Shown piece after piece: positions 57,719 to 64,000 of a stretch of 64,000 bases of DNA; position 1 is the stretch's first letter; every line of letters begins with the position of its first letter. The translations under genes and the position numbers were made by a program. This DNA comes from a virus (lineage: Duplodnaviria; Caudoviricetes), in IMG/VR virus record IMGVR_UViG_3300036783_000180, positions 1-64,000 of that record. One strand, 5' to 3'. The notes under the pieces were generated by a model. It made no database searches, was not told the DNA's origin, and saw only the letters and a list, made by a program, of their open reading frames with translations.

Positions 57719-59002
57719 CTATCCGCCGATAGGGTTTTTAATCACGTTCTTAATATCACTTAGCCAATCAGTTTCCTTTTGACCATCCCTACCGTGGATA
57801 ACAGGAATACTATTGACTTCTGAAGGACTTAATCCTTTCTCACTAAGCACCATAAATTGCAATTGGAACTTACGATGCAAGGATTCTTCTTGTCTATCCG
57901 AATAACTAAAACTAGCTATCAGACCTTTGTATAATCTCTCTTTATAGAACAACTCACAGATAGCCATTGTGTAATGATTGCCACTTTTACTAGGCTCGAT
58001 AAACTTCTTATAGTGTTCTAAAAACTTATCAAACTCTCTATTGGTCTTCGTGTCCAACCAATAACCAGCTATATTTAATACTGATAAATTAGCTCCGGCT
58101 AAATTAAAGAACCAACCGCCATTTGATTTTTGAGATTGAATAGCATTACTGTAACTACCGTTAACAGACATAACACGCATTTCCATATGGAGTGTAGTGC
58201 CGTTACTCTTAACTCGTAATATCGGACGTCTATAATTGGGTTGTTCAAATGCAGGCAACCTAGTAGGGACACTAGCCGAACTATACGCAACAGATGCAGC
58301 GACTGGAGGTACAGGTAGCTGTATTCCGTAACTAGACATTTCAGTAGCACTCACGCTGTTTTGGACTTCTCCAGCAGCAACTGCTACAGGACTAATATTA
58401 TTAGGAACATCACCACTAGCAACCGCTATACTTTGAGCAGAGAATCGAGTGGCAACTTTTAGAGCTGGAGCTTCTTCAATAACACCGCCAGTGATCTCCA
58501 GTAATTTTTCAGGTAATGGAATAAATAAAACTGTTTCTTCATCAGATTCTACCCATTCGTTCGGGCCTATTAGCCACTTCTTACCTTTCAAATCAGAGAA
58601 GCCAAACACATACCTTACTTCTCCTTCTTGCATATCTCTGACCCTCATTATATCCGTTCCGTTTCGTACAGTTCTATACAACGGAACTTTTTCTAGTACT
58701 TCTAACGTTCCTATTTGACCAATACGAACGAGTCTATTTTTATACTTAGTTTCTGCAATCAAATCACTACGATGGTATAAGTCGATAGATTTATCTAAAC
58801 TATCAGCACTTTGTTCAGCGGCAACTTCAGACTGTTCCTGAGAATACTCAGAAACAGTCCTAACCTTAACTTTCGTCCTTTCTGGAACAAAGTAAGGGCT
58901 CTTTATCTCAGGGTTGTCTCTCCAAAGGATAGAAACCTTAGAATTAAATCGATATGCCACGCTATATAAATTTTCGCCACGTTGTGTAGTATATGTTATC
59001 AT
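57719..59002 (-). CDS. LysM-containing tail tube initiator-like protein
   Basis: N-terminal LysM-like YTTQRGENLYSVAYRF...NPEI. C-terminal YKGLIASFSYSD...FQLQFMV tube-like fold. Confidence 0.65.
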   Translation of the reverse strand: MITYTTQRGENLYSVAYRFNSKVSILWRDNPEIKSPYFVPERTKVKVRTVSEYSQEQSEVAAEQSADSLDKSIDLYHRSDLIAETKYKNRLVRIGQIGTLEVLEKVPLYRTVRNGTDIMRVRDMQEGEVRYVFGFSDLKGKKWLIGPNEWVESDEETVLFIPLPEKLLEITGGVIEEAPALKVATRFSAQSIAVASGDVPNNISPVAVAAGEVQNSVSATEMSSYGIQLPVPPVAASVAYSSASVPTRLPAFEQPNYRRPILRVKSNGTTLHMEMRVMSVNGSYSNAIQSQKSNGGWFFNLAGANLSVLNIAGYWLDTKTNREFDKFLEHYKKFIEPSKSGNHYTMAICELFYKERLYKGLIASFSYSDRQEESLHRKFQLQFMVLSEKGLSPSEVNSIPVIHGRDGQKETDWLSDIKNVIKNPIGG

Positions 59003-59292
59003 TTTGCGTCACGATCCTTTCTAAAGAGTGGACCAGAAGAAAATAAGGCGTACACATCATCCACTTGAGTTTGTAATGAATACATAGAAATAGCTTCTGC
59101 TGCATCATTATCAATTTCATTTAGGATACGTGCTTCTTCATGTTGTGGCAATCGTCCTGTATTCACAGATAGGAAATCATTCATTTGTGCATTTCGGACA
59201 ATCAACTCATCGCCATTTGTTCGTAACATACGGTCAATGTCATGCGAATTGAATTCTTGAAGCCTTAGATTTCTATACGCTCTTCTGTTCAA
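58999..59292 (-). CDS. Hypothetical protein
   Basis: 97 aa between the tape measure and LysM genes. Confidence 0.55.
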   Translation of the reverse strand: MNRRAYRNLRLQEFNSHDIDRMLRTNGDELIVRNAQMNDFLSVNTGRLPQHEEARILNEIDNDAAEAISMYSLQTQVDDVYALFSSGPLFRKDRDAK

Positions 59293-59304
59293 TTATAGCA
59301 CCAC

Positions 59305-62300
59305 CTATCCTGTAAATGTGTTCTTAGTTCGATAAGAACCGTTTTTAATGCTCTTTGTAGCTTCATCTAATTTTTTCGCTTCGCCCACCATCGCATTAAC
59401 GAAGTTATCCATAGCTTTCTCATGCTTGTCAGCCGCCTTCTTAGAATCCTTGCCACCATCTTTATTTTCCTTGCCATTGACGATACTATCATCATCATCT
59501 TTATCCTTGTGACCTTGACGAATAATATCATTACTCAAGCTATTAAATACTTTTTGAGCATCAACAGTTTGACCGTTATCATCCAGTAAGTCTTGGTACT
59601 TAATTTGCCCTTGCGTTTTAGCTTCCATCGCTTTAGCGATTTTTGTTAACTTTTCAGGGCTCATATTTTCGAATATTTCTTTACCTTGTTTGTACATAGC
59701 TTCGGATTGATCTATAGAATCGTTGACGGATATCTTACCATCCTTCAATTGTTCTTTATAAGTATCGCCGTATTTTTCATACGACTTGAACAATGCATTC
59801 AATTCATCTTCATCCATAGCGCCAGATATACCTACGAAACTTTTTAAATCTCCTGCAAGTCTAGCGTAACCTTCAGATTGCCTTCCAAGGTCTTTCATGC
59901 TCTTTGTAGCGTCTTTTTGTTCATCTTTCTTCTTAGTAAATGACTCGTATTTCTCTGCTAATTTAATGATATCATCGCTTTTGGTCATTTCTTTAACTTT
60001 ATCTATTTCACCAGATTTAATTAAGCTCTCTAGTTTTGCGTAGTCCTTTTTATCCACATCGTTCATTTTAGATCCACTAAAAACTTTCTTAAACTCTTTG
60101 CTTAATTTTTCGCCTTCTTTATCCAACTCTTTCGTACTTGCTTCTATACCTTTCAACGCTTCATTGTAATTGGTATTTCCATTTACTTTAAAGTTACCTT
60201 TTTCTAAATCTTTTCCACTACCGAACCAAGGTGTTTCAGGAGTAAAGGCGATAGACGTTCTATCGTAAGCTTGCTTTAATGTACCTGTGACTCCATCGTA
60301 TTCACCCGTAGCCTTATTCAAAGCGTAATCCGCACGTTGTTTATCGATGCCTTTGAGTTGCCCATCATTAATTTGGTCTTTCAATTTACGCAAGCTAGAA
60401 CCGGTAATTGTATCGTCATCAATACTATCTATAATTCCGCTAAAGGAGTCTTTGGATATACGTGCTCTTTCGTCCTTCTTGAAATCATTCAGATTAATTT
60501 TACCTTTTTCCATTTGTTGCAATCGTAGGTTTTCATCGTAGTCTCTTTCTAAGATATCTTTCGATTGTAAACGTTGCGCATCTCTTTCGAGAACCTTGTT
60601 AATTTTATCAACCCGTTCTTTCGTACCTTTACCTAAATCTTCTTCACCGAACTCATTCAACAGTGTACCACCGATAATACTTCTATCTCCTATACCTGTC
60701 TGCCACTTTTGGAAACTTGTAGAGAAATCAGCGATTTCGTCACCAACGTATTGTCCAAAGTCACCTAAATGAGAAGATACATTTCGTCTCCACCAATACT
60801 TAGCTGATTTAACCATTCCGGTTGTGTTGGATTGCGCTTGAGCATCCATTTCTTCTCGAATGGATTTAGCGTTAAGGGCGTTATACACATCCCCTTGACT
60901 CAAACTTTGTGATTGTGCATCGAACAATTTCGCTTGTTCAGCGCTTAAATTAGGTAATAGAGTCTTGATAGCAGTTTCCCTGTTCTCAAACTTACCTCCA
61001 GCCATAGCAGCATCAACCATCGAGTTCATTGCTTGCGATATTTGTTGCCCTGTCTTGTCTGTTAATAAGTTTTCTGAAATAGTTGTTCTTATCGTAAATT
61101 GATCTTCAGGACTAAGTTGGCTTAATTGACTGCTTGTTTTTCTAGCTAATTCATTAACATCCATACTTCCCGATGCTAACCCATCACTAATTTCTTTCAT
61201 CTTTTTGTTGTCTATCTTAAATCCATCTTCAGTCTTCTCGACCGCTTGACCATACAAACCAACAAGAAGTTCCTTACCTTTGTCACCTTCAATGAATTGA
61301 CGTGTTAAATTATCAAATCCGATAGCAACTTGATCCGACCCACCACTATTTTTAATTAAGTGATACATTGAATCGTTGCCCTCTTTTTTATACTTCTCTT
61401 CCAGTTTTGTCATGGAATAGGCAGAAGCAGTCAAATCACCAATGACTTTATTTGGATCAATGGCAGTACCTTGTACAATTTGGTCAGTTGCCCCTAAGAA
61501 CTTTTGAGCCGCTTTATCAGCATCGATACCTAAGAAAGAGCCTGTTACTTTCATCTTCGCAGAAACAGTAGACATATTCTCTACGCCTACCCCACGACGT
61601 TCCATCTCACCCATAAATGCAGTAGCTTCTTCGATAGATTGATTCATTGTTAACGTAATTTGTTTCACTTGATCTACAATGTTATCAAACTTTTTCTTAA
61701 AGCTTTCGATATCCGTAGCACTTTTTAATAACTTGTTATCTAAAGCACCATTTAATATTTTTTGCATCTCTTGGTCTTCTAATAACTTTTCGGGTGCCAA
61801 ATGTCTGATGTGTTTCGCTAGGTCCTGTCGGTCATTTAAGTTGATCCCAGCACCACCAAATTCATTCGTGGACTCCATCGCATTTAAAGCTTTGTGCCCT
61901 TTTTTACGTAGGATTTCTTGTATTGCAGAAGAAGAATCAGCGCCATCTGTAATTGCACCAATCGTACCGCCTACGAGTGCCCCTCCTGCCGCTCCGACTG
62001 CCAACGAAGGCAATAAGCCCGGAACAAAGAAAGAACCTGCAAACGCAGCACCTTGCGCTAATGCAGAACCACCACCGATTACCTTATCTTGAATTGATTT
62101 CGTTTGTTCAGCAAACATATCAGAAGTGCTTTCTTTTGAATTCCTACTTGCATCGTATTCAAAGAAGTTCCCTACCGTTTGCGCTACAAAACCGTCCTTC
62201 GCATCGTAGTTCTTTTTGCCACTACCATAAACAGCTGGAGAAGAAGCCATTAAAGGTTCATATGTAGCGTACCCATTATAAGGACGCATAGCAGGAGTAG

Positions 62301-62460
62301 GTGTATTCGCCATCGATTGTGCTTGCGCTAAAGCCGAAGTCATTGCAGTCTTTTCTGCATCAGGTTGCGCCTTTTGTAACTGTTGTGTCCCTTGCATACT
62401 TTGCAACAACATATTTTGCGTGTTTATGACCTGCATTAACGCACTGTTATCCATTTCCAT
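59305..62460 (-). CDS. Tape measure protein
   Basis: Start 62460 (GAGGGG). More than 1000 aa, helical, with a Gly/Ala hydrophobic segment, following the frameshifted chaperone pair. Confidence 0.75.
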   Translation of the reverse strand: MEMDNSALMQVINTQNMLLQSMQGTQQLQKAQPDAEKTAMTSALAQAQSMANTPTPAMRPYNGYATYEPLMASSPAVYGSGKKNYDAKDGFVAQTVGNFFEYDASRNSKESTSDMFAEQTKSIQDKVIGGGSALAQGAAFAGSFFVPGLLPSLAVGAAGGALVGGTIGAITDGADSSSAIQEILRKKGHKALNAMESTNEFGGAGINLNDRQDLAKHIRHLAPEKLLEDQEMQKILNGALDNKLLKSATDIESFKKKFDNIVDQVKQITLTMNQSIEEATAFMGEMERRGVGVENMSTVSAKMKVTGSFLGIDADKAAQKFLGATDQIVQGTAIDPNKVIGDLTASAYSMTKLEEKYKKEGNDSMYHLIKNSGGSDQVAIGFDNLTRQFIEGDKGKELLVGLYGQAVEKTEDGFKIDNKKMKEISDGLASGSMDVNELARKTSSQLSQLSPEDQFTIRTTISENLLTDKTGQQISQAMNSMVDAAMAGGKFENRETAIKTLLPNLSAEQAKLFDAQSQSLSQGDVYNALNAKSIREEMDAQAQSNTTGMVKSAKYWWRRNVSSHLGDFGQYVGDEIADFSTSFQKWQTGIGDRSIIGGTLLNEFGEEDLGKGTKERVDKINKVLERDAQRLQSKDILERDYDENLRLQQMEKGKINLNDFKKDERARISKDSFSGIIDSIDDDTITGSSLRKLKDQINDGQLKGIDKQRADYALNKATGEYDGVTGTLKQAYDRTSIAFTPETPWFGSGKDLEKGNFKVNGNTNYNEALKGIEASTKELDKEGEKLSKEFKKVFSGSKMNDVDKKDYAKLESLIKSGEIDKVKEMTKSDDIIKLAEKYESFTKKKDEQKDATKSMKDLGRQSEGYARLAGDLKSFVGISGAMDEDELNALFKSYEKYGDTYKEQLKDGKISVNDSIDQSEAMYKQGKEIFENMSPEKLTKIAKAMEAKTQGQIKYQDLLDDNGQTVDAQKVFNSLSNDIIRQGHKDKDDDDSIVNGKENKDGGKDSKKAADKHEKAMDNFVNAMVGEAKKLDEATKSIKNGSYRTKNTFTG

Positions 62461-62465
62461 ATTTA

Positions 62466-63011
62466 TCACCCCTCTTCGATTGGTGTTGGTGTGAATCCAG
62501 TTGTGCTTTGTGGATCCCAACCACTAATCGGTTCGTCAATAGTTTCCGTTCTCGCATTCTCTCTCAAGTGACTGAATCGATTACTCTTCGACTCCCATTT
62601 GCCAAACGTTTCTTCCATCTCGGTATCTACTGGAGGTAATTTATCAATAGGGTTAACTTCTGGTATATCTGAAACTTCGTATGTCTCAGGAATGAATGCC
62701 ATAAGATCATTCCACATATCCGGGAATTCTTCCGTTTTAACTTCAGCTTGCAGAACTTTAAGTTGTTTCTGTTCTTCCACTAGTTTGTATGCTTCTGGAT
62801 TTACAAACATTAATAAAGTATCGAAATGTATATCCATTTTCTTCGTCCAGAAATTATTAAGAACTTTGATTAATTCTAATTTATCATCGTTCTTTTGTTG
62901 CCTATCTTGAATCACCTGTTCGTACAGTATCCTCAGTTGAAGAAAGTCCATATCAAGAAAACGCTTCTCAAAGGCGTGTCCACCATAGTGAGAAGCGACT
63001 ATATTCCTCAT
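62466..63011 (-). CDS. Tail assembly chaperone, frameshift-extension (gpT-like) part
   Basis: No RBS of its own. Open in the -1 frame back to the slippery site at 63041-63035. Confidence 0.7.
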   Translation of the reverse strand: MRNIVASHYGGHAFEKRFLDMDFLQLRILYEQVIQDRQQKNDDKLELIKVLNNFWTKKMDIHFDTLLMFVNPEAYKLVEEQKQLKVLQAEVKTEEFPDMWNDLMAFIPETYEVSDIPEVNPIDKLPPVDTEMEETFGKWESKSNRFSHLRENARTETIDEPISGWDPQSTTGFTPTPIEEG

Positions 63012-63031
63012 TTTCCAAACGGGGTCGTTTA

Positions 63032-63466
63032 TTACTTTTTTGCAGTTTCGTCTAGATCTTCAAATAACGCATCGCGTTTCTTAACAAGCTTGTTATATGA
63101 ATCGACGATTTGATCATAGATTGTAACTTCTAGACTAGCTAATTCATCACGAAACTCCATTCGTTGTTTGAACTGTTCCTCTACAGGTAACGTTTCATCA
63201 ACAGGAGATTGTCCATTCACCTTTTTAATAGCGAATGTCATTTGAGATAAAGAACGTTGTTTTACGATTCCGTCTCCCATGATTTGGAATCGTTCGTCAG
63301 CACCATACTTTTCTTTTAAACTTTTAAAATCTACTAACGCATCAGCTAAAAAGATTTCTTCCGTACTAAGTAATTCCATTTCAAACTTTGTCCCGTGAAT
63401 TGTGAACTCGTGGTCAATTTTCCCCTTGATTACTAGACCTTCTAATGCAGCTTTAACTAAACTCAT
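63032..63466 (-). CDS. Tail assembly chaperone (gpG-like)
   Basis: 144 aa, AGGAGG RBS, ends GCA AAA AAG TAA. Confidence 0.75.
   Translation of the reverse strand: MSLVKAALEGLVIKGKIDHEFTIHGTKFEMELLSTEEIFLADALVDFKSLKEKYGADERFQIMGDGIVKQRSLSQMTFAIKKVNGQSPVDETLPVEEQFKQRMEFRDELASLEVTIYDQIVDSYNKLVKKRDALFEDLDETAKK
63035..63041 (-). other. Programmed -1 ribosomal frameshift site A AAA AAG
   Basis: The -1 frame continues AAA GTA ATA AAC GAC CCC GTT TGG AAA ATG AGG into the 62466-63011 ORF. Confidence 0.85.
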
Positions 63467-63515
63467 AATTTATTTCCTCCTAAACTTTAATAATTCCATT
63501 ATACACAACAAACAA

Positions 63516-63546
63516 AAAGAAGTGCACTAAGCAAGCGCACTTCTTT
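63516..63546 (-). terminator. Terminator after tail tube gene
   Basis: AAAGAAGTGC...GCACTTCTTT with a U-tract on the minus strand. Confidence 0.65.
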
Positions 63547-63550
63547 AAGA

Positions 63551-64000
63551 TTATTGCAAGTTGAATGTAACTTTAGGGATTGTAGTATACATGATGTTCA
63601 ATTGTTCGAACACTACAACTCCACCTGCCGAGATAGATTCAGAACGAGATTGAATCTGACAACCACGGAACAGGATAGTTGATACAGCTTTCGTAGCTTG
63701 CGTTGCATCCTCTAATACAGGGTACTTCGCCATCATTAAGTCGAACGGATGGTTGACGTCACGAATACTACGTAAAATCTGATCGTTTGTTAAGTTTGTT
63801 TTATCTACACCATGATAGATAGCATTCAGTAAATCCACACCGTTTAATAATACACGTTGGATATTTAACTGACCTTGCGTTAAACCAGGAATGATAATCG
63901 GAGCGTCAGAACCTAACTCGAAAATCATTTGTAATTGCTTTTGCTCACTATGAGACATACCTTGAATCAGACCGATAGCCTTCATACTAACTTGGCTATT
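63551..64000 (-). CDS. Tail tube protein (probably 5'-truncated by window end)
   Basis: AIGLIQGMSHSEQKQLQMIFELGS...GCQIQSRSESISAG tube-like pattern. The frame is open to the window edge with no RBS before ATG 63985. Confidence 0.7.
   Translation of the reverse strand, partial: NSQVSMKAIGLIQGMSHSEQKQLQMIFELGSDAPIIIPGLTQGQLNIQRVLLNGVDLLNAIYHGVDKTNLTNDQILRSIRDVNHPFDLMMAKYPVLEDATQATKAVSTILFRGCQIQSRSESISAGGVVVFEQLNIMYTTIPKVTFNLQ

Noticed and set aside
41934-63113. Plus-strand ORFs opposite the tail genes
   Set aside because: Antisense shadows with no translation signals.
1-64000. Stop-codon reassignment, tRNA/rRNA genes, introns or inteins
   Set aside because: Genes tile densely under the standard code using all three stops. 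No cloverleaf, rRNA-like tract, or intein/homing-endonuclease motif was recognised by eye. A tRNAscan/Infernal run would be needed to exclude them fully.

Overview
This is 64 kb of an AT-rich, large contractile-tailed (myovirus-like) phage genome. The host is most likely Bacillus or a related Firmicute, judging from the strong GGAGG ribosome-binding sites (RBSs), sigmaA-like promoters and peptidoglycan-hydrolase domains (amidase, 3D, M23). There are three blocks. (1) 1-16810, minus strand, is a head/packaging module: portal (runs off the window), terminase large subunit, a divergent sigma70-like factor, two stand-alone WYL-domain proteins, and several large proteins that carry many copies of an L/I/M/F-x-K-x-A motif. 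(2) 16937-41836, plus strand, is an early/replication block: SbcD, DnaJ, a three-way split SbcC, two sliding-clamp-like genes, a primase-helicase, an SF2 helicase and a kinase-like gene. A conserved 25-bp motif occurs four times in this block. (3) 41861-64000, minus strand, is a tail/baseplate/lysis module: tail tube, a tail chaperone pair with a -1 frameshift, tape measure, two paralogous hub proteins carrying different cell-wall hydrolases, baseplate genes and a holin. The most striking unexplained feature is a tandem array of 14 highly diverged, acidic paralogues (26479-32518). All 14 end in Val-Trp-stop, they are tightly packed and apparently translationally coupled, and they sit exactly between the two clamp-like genes. 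No tRNA, rRNA, CRISPR array, integrase or transposase was seen. All assignments come from reading motifs by eye; no database searches were run.
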